Assembly (NCBI GenBank): GCA_002311855.1
Contig: DCAB01000012.1
Location: 116,865-180,864 of the forward strand
Reading direction: 5' to 3'
Source of the DNA: Candidatus Dadabacteria bacterium UBA1144
GTDB taxonomy: Bacteria; Desulfobacterota_D; UBA1144
DNA: 64,000 nucleotides
Part shown: piece by piece, positions 1 through 8,745 of the stretch
How positions within the stretch are numbered: position 1 is the stretch's first letter
Layout of the letters: each line of letters starts with the position of its first letter
Position numbers and translations under genes: made by a program
Notes under the pieces: generated by a model
Database searches by the model: none
What the model saw: the letters and a program-made list of their open reading frames with translations, nothing else
What the model was told of the DNA's origin: nothing

Positions 1-234
1 GCTCTTGCCGGTTTGCTTGCTTAATTTTCTTGCTTGTTTAGTAACATTGTAGTTTTTGAGTTTTACAAATCTATCCTCGGAAATTGAAACAATTTTATGA
101 GCAATTACAATAATGTCTTTCTCTTTTAATTTTATTCTCTGCGAATCCATTGCAGTTGAAATTAGATTGGTTATATCATCGCCAATTTTGACAACTGGAA
201 TCTTTTTTAGAGGAATTATTTCAATTTTATTCAT
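1..234 (-). CDS. cofE: coenzyme F420-0:L-glutamate ligase, 5' part (runs off window start; absent from ORF track)
   Basis: Manual translation from ATG at 234: MNKIEIIPLKKIPVVKIGDDITNLI...DIIVIAHKIVSISEDRFVKL, matching the CofE N-terminus (iP.v..GDDl, DivViahKiVS.aEgr); starts 2 nt after the cofD stop. Confidence 0.88.
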   Translation of the reverse strand, partial: MNKIEIIPLKKIPVVKIGDDITNLISTAMDSQRIKLKEKDIIVIAHKIVSISEDRFVKLKNYNVTKQARKLSKQTGKS

Positions 235-236
235 AT

Positions 237-1154
237 CTATATTAAATTAAGAATTGATTGGGCCATCGACTCAGAAACTTTAATATTGACCATTTTTATA
301 TCATTTATCAACGGTATGATTCCTGCAGAATAAATTTTGTCGGTATGTTTCTTATCTAAATCATCAATCATAATATAGTTTACAATTTCCCTATAAAATT
401 TTACAACACCAAGAACTGAGGGCTCAAGTTTTTTAGCTTTCATAAGTTGTAGCACAGGTCCTTTGAATGCCTTTTGATTCACTATGGGACTAATCGCAAC
501 TTTGACACCCTTTGATTGTTTAATCGCTTTTTGAATTCCTGGAACGGATAGAATGGGATCTATACTAATTATAGGATTACTTGGACAGAATATTAATAGT
601 TTGGAATTCAAAATACAATCAATTAATCCATTTGCTGGTTTCGATTTTCTTATATTTCTAAAAATTATTTTGTCAACTTTTGGTTTCATTTTAAGTTTTA
701 TCAAATATTCTTGAAAGTGTATTTCTTTTTCTCCTATTTTGATGTGAGTTTCAACAATATCATTTGTCATAGGAAATATACGTGCTTTTGTTATTTTTAG
801 TTTTTTCCTTTGAATATCAACAACTTCTTGGAGAGTCATTCCTCCTTTTATCAATAAAGATTTTTCGAGATTTTCTTTTAAATCTTTATCGCCTAAATTG
901 AACCAAGATTCAGACTTTTTTTGTTTTTTTAAAAACTCAAATGTGTCGCCTTTAATTCCCCATCCTTTTTTCTTATCAACTATTCCAGATAACCAATAAA
1001 GAACTGAATCGATATCAGGACTAACACGGACATCAAAGATATTTATATCATCTGCCGTATTTACAACTATATTCAAATCTTCCTTTGCCATCAGACCGTA
1101 AAGACCCTGTAGAAATTTTCCTGCACCTACCCCACCGCCAAAAGTTGTAATCAT
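237..1154 (-). CDS. cofD: 2-phospho-L-lactate transferase (F420 biosynthesis)
   Basis: GGGVGAGKFLQGL, VNTADD, SPDIDSVLYWL, WFNLGDKD, HFQEY, PSNPIISIDPIL motifs; start moved to ATG 1154. Confidence 0.93.
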   Translation of the reverse strand: MITTFGGGVGAGKFLQGLYGLMAKEDLNIVVNTADDINIFDVRVSPDIDSVLYWLSGIVDKKKGWGIKGDTFEFLKKQKKSESWFNLGDKDLKENLEKSLLIKGGMTLQEVVDIQRKKLKITKARIFPMTNDIVETHIKIGEKEIHFQEYLIKLKMKPKVDKIIFRNIRKSKPANGLIDCILNSKLLIFCPSNPIISIDPILSVPGIQKAIKQSKGVKVAISPIVNQKAFKGPVLQLMKAKKLEPSVLGVVKFYREIVNYIMIDDLDKKHTDKIYSAGIIPLINDIKMVNIKVSESMAQSILNLI

Positions 1155-1182
1155 ATTGTGAATAATACAAAACAATTCATAT

Positions 1183-1211
1183 TTGACATAAAATAATTTT
1201 ACTTCTACTAT
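1183..1211 (+). promoter_or_regulatory. sigma70 promoter for the riboswitch/btuB transcript
   Basis: TTGACA(1183-1188)-N17-TACTAT(1206-1211); predicted +1 falls at the riboswitch 5' end. Confidence 0.75.
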
Positions 1212-1215
1212 TCAG

Positions 1216-1362
1216 TTGTGGTGCTCGTAAGAGCTTAAAAGGGAAGTTCGGTGAGATTCCGACACAGGCCCGCTGCTGTTATTGGTATAATTTTAGTGTT
1301 ATTTACCACTGGAAATCCGGGAAGGTTCGCTAAAAGGCCATAAGTCAGAAGACCTACCACAA
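1216..1362 (+). ncRNA. cobalamin (B12) riboswitch
   Basis: AAAAGGGAA, T-loop stem TCGGTGAGATTCCGA, CCCGCTGCTGT, CCACTGG...CCGGGAAGG, B12-box AAGTCAGAAGACCT; closing helix TTGTGGT(1216-1222)/ACCACAA(1356-1362); upstream of a TonB-dependent receptor. Confidence 0.95.
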
Positions 1363-1395
1363 AAATTCTAGTTTTTCTTCGAGGTTGAGAAAAGA

Positions 1396-1467
1396 ATGCG
1401 CCAGATAATTAATCATTTCATTGGCTACTTAGCATATTTTCTTTATACAGTAATCGTTACATCTTGA
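1396..1467 (+). CDS. putative 23-aa leader peptide (uORF) MRQIINHFIGYLAYFLYTVIVTS
   Basis: ATG 1396 to TGA 1465-1467, overlapping the btuB TTG as TTGA; preceded by hairpin 1373-1393. Confidence 0.4.
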   Translation: MRQIINHFIGYLAYFLYTVIVTS

Positions 1468-3473
1468 AGGGAGAGGAGTATATCGCTATAAGGATTGCTT
1501 TTTTTTTGATTACCCTTTCTCTGTTGATAAGTATTGATTTGAATGCAGACGAATTGGTAATAGATGTACCCACAAATATAGGAAATACTGATGTTTCAAT
1601 TACCGAGTTTGGTGGATCCTCAACTATTATTACCGAAGACGACATAGAGTCCTCGGGTGCAACTGAAATTTATCAATTACTTAGAACGGTTCCTGGATTA
1701 TCTGTTAAAAGATCCGGGGCTCGAGGTGGAATGATTAGTATTTTCGCAAGGGGCAGTGAGAGCGATCATAACTTAGTACTTATAGATGGGGTTAGAGCTA
1801 ACGATATTGGTGGGGGCTTTAATTTTGAATTTCTTTCTTTAAATAATATAGAGATGATTGAAATTCTACGGGGTCCACAATCAGCTCTTTATGGATCCGG
1901 CGCAATGGGTTCCGTAATAAGCATCACAACAAAGAAACCCGGAGCAAAAACAAATGCCTCTTTCAAATCTGCTATAGGTTTTAATCAAGGACCGAAAAAA
2001 AATGCTAATGAGCCGCTTTTAAATAGTCAAACAAACGGTGGTAAATATTTTGTAAACGAACAATATTTTAGAATTAATGGTCCCATAACAAGAAATGATA
2101 AAAGTGATATTTTTGTAGGTTATAGCATAGGCTACGAGAGGATTAACGATGATGGCTTTAGAAGATTCAATGATAGTTATGAAAATGGAATCCTAAATTC
2201 GTCAATTCTATTAAAGACAATCGATGAAAAATTAAAAATACTTTTAAACATGACGAGAAGAAAAGCTAAATATCACTACCCAACAAATGATTCTGGGAGT
2301 GTCAATCACACATACGCTAAAACTCAAAGAGACAGAAGACATACGACTACAAGAAGTTTGAACTTTGAATATAACTTTATTAATTCTCTGACTTATGGGA
2401 CAACTTATCAATATAACTATCTTCACAAGTGGTGGACAAATTCGACAGTTCAGGTCTCAAAAGATTTAAATTGGTGGGAAAAGAGAGAAGGATTTAACTA
2501 TTATTTAAAATCAAATAATAATTTGGGATTTGTTAATATAAAAACATTAATTGGATATGACAAAGTAAATGAAAGCAGCAACTATGACATTTTTAATGCA
2601 AGTGGCTTTGGCGGATATTATGGTCATGATGATGATACAAAATCATATTACGGTAATCTGCTAATTAAAGCCCCGTATTCTGTAGTAATTAATCCCGGGG
2701 TACGAAGAAACGAGCATGACACCCATGGTAATATCATCGTCCCTTCTTTGTTCATTTCGAAAAAATTTGAAAAAACCGGCTCTAAAATCAGAGGTGGATA
2801 TAGCAAGGGAATTAAGTATCCTCAAATTTATGAATCGTCGGCCGCATCACAATTAAAAGCTGAAAGAAATAAATCTTACGAGATAGGTTTCGATCAGACC
2901 ATAGGAAATATTTCAGCGATAAGCGTCACTTACTTCAACACAACGATTTATGATATTGTCGCTTATAGGCCTGTTGGTGAAACGTACCAAAACTTAGATG
3001 AAGCCAAATCTGAGGGCTATGAGTTGTCTGGAAACCTTAATTTACCTTACGATATAAGAGCTAAAGCATGGTACACATTTCTTGATACAAAATCATATAA
3101 TACCAACAATACAATTCAAAGCTCATCGTACAATTTAGCAAACTGGTTAGATGACGAACCATTGCTTAGAAGACCAAAGCACAGTGGTGGATTTAGCATA
3201 GGGCAGTATAAAAATAATTACACCGTTAATATTAATGGAATTTATATTGGAGGAAGATGGGATTTTGAAAATTCTTTTGCAAGAAAATGGAATAAACATT
3301 TTTGGGATTTTAATCTCTATGCTGACTATACTCTCGTTAATAATGGCTTATATGAATCTGACATTAAAACTTTTATAAATGTCGAGAATTTATTTCATGA
3401 TAAAAGGCAAGAAATCCTCAATATAACTTCCCCAGGTAGAACTATAATGGTTGGTATTAAGTTAAATATCTAG
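1464..3473 (+). CDS. btuB: TonB-dependent cobalamin receptor
   Basis: Plug motifs LRTVPGL, RGSESDHNLVLIDGV, IEILRGPQSALYGSGAMG; LLRRPKHS; barrel C-terminus ENLF...PGRTIMVGIKLNI; downstream of a B12 riboswitch; start codon uncertain. Confidence 0.88.
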   Translation: MKGEEYIAIRIAFFLITLSLLISIDLNADELVIDVPTNIGNTDVSITEFGGSSTIITEDDIESSGATEIYQLLRTVPGLSVKRSGARGGMISIFARGSESDHNLVLIDGVRANDIGGGFNFEFLSLNNIEMIEILRGPQSALYGSGAMGSVISITTKKPGAKTNASFKSAIGFNQGPKKNANEPLLNSQTNGGKYFVNEQYFRINGPITRNDKSDIFVGYSIGYERINDDGFRRFNDSYENGILNSSILLKTIDEKLKILLNMTRRKAKYHYPTNDSGSVNHTYAKTQRDRRHTTTRSLNFEYNFINSLTYGTTYQYNYLHKWWTNSTVQVSKDLNWWEKREGFNYYLKSNNNLGFVNIKTLIGYDKVNESSNYDIFNASGFGGYYGHDDDTKSYYGNLLIKAPYSVVINPGVRRNEHDTHGNIIVPSLFISKKFEKTGSKIRGGYSKGIKYPQIYESSAASQLKAERNKSYEIGFDQTIGNISAISVTYFNTTIYDIVAYRPVGETYQNLDEAKSEGYELSGNLNLPYDIRAKAWYTFLDTKSYNTNNTIQSSSYNLANWLDDEPLLRRPKHSGGFSIGQYKNNYTVNINGIYIGGRWDFENSFARKWNKHFWDFNLYADYTLVNNGLYESDIKTFINVENLFHDKRQEILNITSPGRTIMVGIKLNI

Positions 3474-3562
3474 GTTGGTCCACGATACCCAAATCCCGAT
3501 TAATAAGATTTAAATAATTTTTATCTTTTTGATGAAATTAAAAAAAATATTACTATATAGAT

Positions 3563-4507
3563 ATGAAAATTATTTCCCTTCTACCCAGCGTTACTGAAAT
3601 ATTATGCGAACTTGGTCTAGAAGATAATATATATGGAGTAACACATGAATGTGACTTCCCCGAATCAATTAAGAAAAAGAGAAAAATAGAGTTTACAAAG
3701 TTTGATTTTGAGAAATTAAATAATTTACAAATTAATAAAATCATTGAGGACAATATTAAGAAAGGAAAATTCTCATATTTTTTAGATACAGAAGCTTTAA
3801 AGAACATTGAACCGGATTATGTCGTTACTCAAGATTTATGTGAGGTCTGTGCAGTATCCGAGAACACGGCTATTGAATCGCTAGATTTTCTCAAGAAAAA
3901 GCCCAAGATTGTAACAATTAGTCCAAAGAACATAAAAGAAATTGAAAATTCTATAATCAAGCTTGCAAATGAATTTCAAGTTGAGGAAAAAGGAATTGAA
4001 TTAGCTAACCGATTCAGCTCAGAAATCAATAAGATTGCTTCGAAAACCAAAGATGTAATTGATAGACCAAGAATTTTTTGTATGGAATGGATTAATCCAA
4101 TTTATTCCGCTGGGTACTGGGTCCCTGAAATGGTAGAAATTGCTGGAGGTATTAGCGGAGTTACAAAAGCTAGTGAACGTTCCAAAGAAGTTAAGTTCAA
4201 TGAGATAATCGAGTATGCACCTAATTATATATTCATTATGTCTTGTGGCTATACAATAGATGATTCGCTTAGAGAGATGGAAACCCTTTTAAAAAATAGG
4301 GAACTCAACAAAATCCCTGCCTTCAAAAAGGGGGAAGTATATCTAGTTGATGCTAATGCCTATTTCACCAGACCCACAACAAGAATTATCGAGGGTATTA
4401 AATTATTAACCAGAACAATTAATAGTGAGGTCCTAGATTTCGAGCCAATGCCAGACTCAATCCTGAATCTTCAAAACTATATCTACTTTGAATCTTTCGC
4501 TGGCTAA
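3563..4507 (+). CDS. BtuF-like cobalamin/metal-chelate binding protein (no signal peptide)
   Basis: IISLLPSVTEIL..LG, GVTHECDFP, TQDLCEVCAV, EWINP...GYWVPEMVEIAGG, YFTRP; follows btuB. Confidence 0.8.
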   Translation: MKIISLLPSVTEILCELGLEDNIYGVTHECDFPESIKKKRKIEFTKFDFEKLNNLQINKIIEDNIKKGKFSYFLDTEALKNIEPDYVVTQDLCEVCAVSENTAIESLDFLKKKPKIVTISPKNIKEIENSIIKLANEFQVEEKGIELANRFSSEINKIASKTKDVIDRPRIFCMEWINPIYSAGYWVPEMVEIAGGISGVTKASERSKEVKFNEIIEYAPNYIFIMSCGYTIDDSLREMETLLKNRELNKIPAFKKGEVYLVDANAYFTRPTTRIIEGIKLLTRTINSEVLDFEPMPDSILNLQNYIYFESFAG

Positions 4508-4515
4508 ATTCTATT

Positions 4516-4704
4516 CTATTTCCCAGAAGAGAATTCGGAACCATCTGTAATAGCTTCATCTGCTGCTGGTGGATCAGCTTCAGTTGTTGGGCTATCATCA
4601 GCAGGAGCTGCCGCTGCAGCCTCACCGCCACCTTCTGCTCCGAAGTTTGTTGCTGCAATCCAATACAACCCAACGAGTCCTAAAGTTATTGCTATTGCTG
4701 TCAT
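4516..4704 (-). CDS. 62-aa small membrane protein with Ala/Asp/Glu/Pro-rich tail
   Basis: AAGGAGG SD upstream of ATG 4704; N-terminal hydrophobic helix; fills the intergenic gap. Confidence 0.7.
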   Translation of the reverse strand: MTAIAITLGLVGLYWIAATNFGAEGGGEAAAAAPADDSPTTEADPPAADEAITDGSEFSSGK

Positions 4705-4758
4705 ATAGTACCCCTCCTTGAAAATTGAAAGTGTAAACATTACAATTGTACTCTATCA

Positions 4759-5217
4759 ATGCTTAGAAAATCAAGTGTCATTCCCCCAAAATCAATAATA
4801 TACAGGCTTTTTGATTTTATAGAAGAAGGATCAACTATTTTAGAATTTCAAGAGAAAGCGTATTTGATAGCCTGTAAAGAAAGTAGTTCTTTTCAAAATT
4901 TTTCAGAAGATTTAGAAATCAAAATAAAGTTTAATCCTGTTATGCAAAATGATTTTCCCATTGTGGAAGTGAGTATCAAGTTTTATAAAAAAAACATTTA
5001 TATAGATGAAATATCTACATTAATTTCAATATCTAGCAATGAAGAGGTCCACAATCTTGTTAGGTTCTTTTTGGACGATTGGCCTAGTTTGTTGATATTC
5101 TCTAAAGGTGAGGAGGAAATTAAATCGTTCGAATTTAAGAATAATTTTATGGAAGATCTAGATTTGTGCCTAAAAAACTTCGAAATTGACATTAAAGATA
5201 TAATGAAAAATACTTAG
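4759..5217 (+). CDS. hypothetical protein (152 aa)
   Basis: Only ORF filling the gap; co-oriented with fabH; TTGAAA-N17-TACAAT upstream. Confidence 0.65.
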   Translation: MLRKSSVIPPKSIIYRLFDFIEEGSTILEFQEKAYLIACKESSSFQNFSEDLEIKIKFNPVMQNDFPIVEVSIKFYKKNIYIDEISTLISISSNEEVHNLVRFFLDDWPSLLIFSKGEEEIKSFEFKNNFMEDLDLCLKNFEIDIKDIMKNT

Positions 5218-5236
5218 ATATCTAAGGAATAGTTTT

Positions 5237-6193
5237 TTGAGTTTTGCAAGAATAGCTGGAACTGGGGTATTTATCCCAGAGAAAATATTATCAAATAAAG
5301 ATCTTGAATCTCTTGTCGATACTTCAGACGAGTGGATTAGGACAAGAACGGGGATTTCTGAGAGAAGAATCCTCCAAAATGGCCAAGCGACTTCCGATAT
5401 GTGTCTTGAAGCTTCTAGCCAAGCACTTAAAAATGCCGACACTTCTCCCGAAGAAATAGATGGGATAATTGTCGCAACCGTAACAGGTGACTACGTAACA
5501 CCATCTGTGGCTTGCATACTGCAAGATAAACTAAAAACAAGAAAGATATTTTCATTCGATATCTCTGCAGGATGTTCAGGGTTTATTTATGCGCTAAAGG
5601 TGGCAAGGGCTTTAATTGAAAATGGAGAAGCCGAGAAGTTGTTAGTTGTGGGAGGAGAGCATATATCACATATTACAGATTACAAAGATAGGGATACATG
5701 TATCCTTTTCGGCGATGCTGCTGGAGCTGTAGTCCTAGAAAAATCACAAGAGCCAGGGGTATTGTCCGTATGTCTTGGTTCAAGCGGAGCTGAAGGAAAA
5801 TTACTTTACGTGCCTGGAGGAGGGTCAAGAGATCCTTTGGGATACAGATTCTTAAAGATGGAAGGCAAAGAAGTTTTTAAAGAAGCCGTTAAAATTATTG
5901 AATCAAATTCCTTAGAAGCTATTAAAAAAGCGGGTCTTCGACCAAAAGATATAGATATGTTTATTCCACACCAAGCTAATTTAAGAATAATCGAGGCTGC
6001 TAGAGAGAGGTTGGGACTCTCACGTGAGAAATGCTATGTCAACATACAGAAATATGGGAATACATCCTCTGCATCGGTATTACTCGCTCTTCATGAAGCA
6101 ATTAACGAATCGAAAATCAAAAGAGGTGATAATGTTCTCTTTTCCGTTTTTGGAGCTGGTTTTGCGTGGGGATCTGCAGTAGTGAAATGGTAG
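5237..6193 (+). CDS. fabH: beta-ketoacyl-ACP synthase III
   Basis: DTSDEWIRTRTGI, AGCSGF (Cys), PHQAN, GNTSSAS, FGAGFAWG. Confidence 0.97.
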   Translation: MSFARIAGTGVFIPEKILSNKDLESLVDTSDEWIRTRTGISERRILQNGQATSDMCLEASSQALKNADTSPEEIDGIIVATVTGDYVTPSVACILQDKLKTRKIFSFDISAGCSGFIYALKVARALIENGEAEKLLVVGGEHISHITDYKDRDTCILFGDAAGAVVLEKSQEPGVLSVCLGSSGAEGKLLYVPGGGSRDPLGYRFLKMEGKEVFKEAVKIIESNSLEAIKKAGLRPKDIDMFIPHQANLRIIEAARERLGLSREKCYVNIQKYGNTSSASVLLALHEAINESKIKRGDNVLFSVFGAGFAWGSAVVKW

Positions 6194-7389
6194 GAGAAAA
6201 TTATTTTAACCTAAGATATTTAAAAATAATTTCTCAAGATTCTAAGAAAAAATCTATAAAAGAAGAATCGGTTCTAAATTTCTCCAAGGTAAATATTAAA
6301 GAAATTGAGAATTTAGAATTAATTAAAGAAATCTTTAAAGATTCTCATTTCAATAAAGAAATAATAAAAAAAATAAAGAAAATAAAATACAAAAATCTCA
6401 TCCTCTTTGGAATGGGTGGATCAAGTCTTGGTATAAAAACAATTTTCGAAGGATTGGATTATCAACGAAAGAAAAAAAAGAAATTTTATCTAGTCGATAA
6501 CATTGATGGAGAAAACTTCGAAAAAATCTTTAAGGAAATAAAGATTAAGGATTCTTTTTTTATTTTTGTCAGCAAGTCTGGCAATACAATCGAAATAAAA
6601 AATCTTTTAAAAGAGGCTCTAAAAAAAATAAACAAGGAAAAAACAAATTGCTCGGAAAGGATTCTCTTTATAACTGAGAACAATAAATCTTTTTTAAATA
6701 ATTTTGCCAAAAAGAAAAATATCAAGACATGTCATATCAACAAAAACCTGGGTGGCAGGTTCTCAGTTTTAAGTTCTGTAAGCATAATTCCATGTGAACT
6801 TTTAGAAATGAATTGGGAAGAAATATTAAAGGGTGCGATAAATACGTACAAAGAATTAAAAGAGTGCGAATTCACAGCAGTCTTATATCTTGCAAGCTTT
6901 TATCATCAGCATTACCTACAAGGACGGGATATAAGCATTTTGATGTCTTACAAAGACAATTTAAATGCATTTGGACAATGGTTCATGCAACTTTGGGGAG
7001 AAAGTCTTGGCAAACAAAGAAGGGATAAAAAAAATATTGGCCTCACTCCTATAAATTATATTGGGCCTAAAGATCAACATTCTCAGATGCAACTTGTTCT
7101 AGATGGTCCAAAAAATAAAACAGTCACTTTCATTACGGTGAGTAAAAGTGAAAGCGCTAATAGAAATTTAGAAAAATTATCTTTATTAGAACAAGAAGCA
7201 ACTTCAAATGCAATCAAAGAAAGAGGGATTCCCAGTATCAAATTTGATATTAAAACACTCAACGCACCCACATTGGGCTCTATTTTTTTAATATTTCAGC
7301 TAACGGTAATTTTGTTAGCTAAGAATTTAAAAATAAATCCTTTTAATCAGCCTGCTGTAGAGCTTATTAAAAAAAGACTCAAAAGCTAA
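6187..7389 (+). CDS. pgi: glucose-6-phosphate isomerase (short form)
   Basis: GMGGSSLG, SKSGNTIE, GGRFSVLS, QLWGESLGK, DQHSQMQL, NPFNQPAVE. Confidence 0.92.
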   Translation: MVGENYFNLRYLKIISQDSKKKSIKEESVLNFSKVNIKEIENLELIKEIFKDSHFNKEIIKKIKKIKYKNLILFGMGGSSLGIKTIFEGLDYQRKKKKKFYLVDNIDGENFEKIFKEIKIKDSFFIFVSKSGNTIEIKNLLKEALKKINKEKTNCSERILFITENNKSFLNNFAKKKNIKTCHINKNLGGRFSVLSSVSIIPCELLEMNWEEILKGAINTYKELKECEFTAVLYLASFYHQHYLQGRDISILMSYKDNLNAFGQWFMQLWGESLGKQRRDKKNIGLTPINYIGPKDQHSQMQLVLDGPKNKTVTFITVSKSESANRNLEKLSLLEQEATSNAIKERGIPSIKFDIKTLNAPTLGSIFLIFQLTVILLAKNLKINPFNQPAVELIKKRLKS

Positions 7390-7395
7390 AGAGAA

Positions 7396-7806
7396 TTAGC
7401 TGAAAAGTTTTTTATCAAGAGAGAGATTGCCACCACCAATAAAAACAAGAACATACGCCAGTCCAATCAAACAAAGTTGATAAGCATACGTATCATAGGT
7501 TGGATAATAACCATCATTAAGATGTACCAACCAAATTCCCACACACATTACAATGATGATTCCAAGAGCTGCCAGTCTTGTTAGAAGCCCTAGCGCTAAA
7601 GCGATTCCACCAAAAAATTCAATAAAGGCTGCAATCCCAGTTTCCCAAGTTGTGAACCCGTAAGTAATTTTCCAGTCTAATGCTTTGGATTGAAAATCTA
7701 TAAACTTATACCAACCGGCAGGGACAAAAGTGAGTGCCAATATTATTCTGGGTAGTAGTGCCGCCCACGTTGGAGAAGTTCTCAAAAAAATCCACATAAT
7801 TGTCAT
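7396..7806 (-). CDS. DoxX family membrane protein
   Basis: RIILA..F...G..K, EFFGGIALALGLLTRLAA, GGGNLSLD. Confidence 0.88.
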   Translation of the reverse strand: MTIMWIFLRTSPTWAALLPRIILALTFVPAGWYKFIDFQSKALDWKITYGFTTWETGIAAFIEFFGGIALALGLLTRLAALGIIIVMCVGIWLVHLNDGYYPTYDTYAYQLCLIGLAYVLVFIGGGNLSLDKKLFS

Positions 7807-7863
7807 CTAATTATAACTAAAAACACTGATATATATCAATTTAGATTGTGTAAACTCATTTCT

Positions 7864-8745
7864 ATGGAACTCTGGCTTAAGGTACTAGAAGTAATTCTCC
7901 CTGTAATGATCGTCGTATTAGCTGGTTATTTGTTTGGTCGTATAACAAAAATAAATTTCAAACCAATAAATATGATTATTATGTATATTGCAACTCCTTG
8001 CTTAATCTTTTCTTCTTTAATCGAAGGGAGGGTGACTCTCGATGATGCATCTCAAATTGTATTAGTTGGCACAATTATAGTATTGATGTCACTATTTTTG
8101 TCCTTTTTTCTAATAAAAATAGCAAAAAAAGATTTTGCTATTTTTTTAAATCCGCTTGTTTTTCCAAATACAGCTAATCTGGGATTACCAATCGTTCTTT
8201 TCGCTTTTGGTGAAGAAGTTTTTGATTATGCAATAATTTTCACTACCGTGGTCTTCTTTTTTCACTGTACAATAGGAATATTTATCATTCATGGTGGAAG
8301 AAAGTTGGGTGAAATTTTCAAAGTCCCCTTAATATATGCTGTTGTTCTAGCAATTTTTTTAAACAAAACAGGGGTTGAAATAAATACCGAAATTAATAAT
8401 TCGATTAAATTACTAGGCACTACTTGTATACCTCTCATGATGTTTAGCCTAGGTCACAAACTATCAGAAACAAGAATCGTAGATTTTAAAGAAGATTTCA
8501 TCGTAGGAGTTGCAAGATTCGTTATGGGTATAACTGTAAGTTTAATAATCTGTAAATTTTTTCAAGTAGGTAGTCACTTAGCAAAAGTGCTAATTGTTCA
8601 GTATGCAATGCCTTCCGCAGTATTCAATTTTATTCTTGCTGACAGATACAATAAGTCACCTGAAAAAATAGCATCGATTGTATTTGTATCCACTATTATC
8701 TCAATTCTGGTCATTCCAATTGTTCTTTATCAATTTATGAACTAG
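7864..8745 (+). CDS. AEC (auxin efflux carrier) family transporter
   Basis: About 10 TM helices; PNTANLGLP, AMPSAV motifs. Confidence 0.88.
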   Translation: MELWLKVLEVILPVMIVVLAGYLFGRITKINFKPINMIIMYIATPCLIFSSLIEGRVTLDDASQIVLVGTIIVLMSLFLSFFLIKIAKKDFAIFLNPLVFPNTANLGLPIVLFAFGEEVFDYAIIFTTVVFFFHCTIGIFIIHGGRKLGEIFKVPLIYAVVLAIFLNKTGVEINTEINNSIKLLGTTCIPLMMFSLGHKLSETRIVDFKEDFIVGVARFVMGITVSLIICKFFQVGSHLAKVLIVQYAMPSAVFNFILADRYNKSPEKIASIVFVSTIISILVIPIVLYQFMN

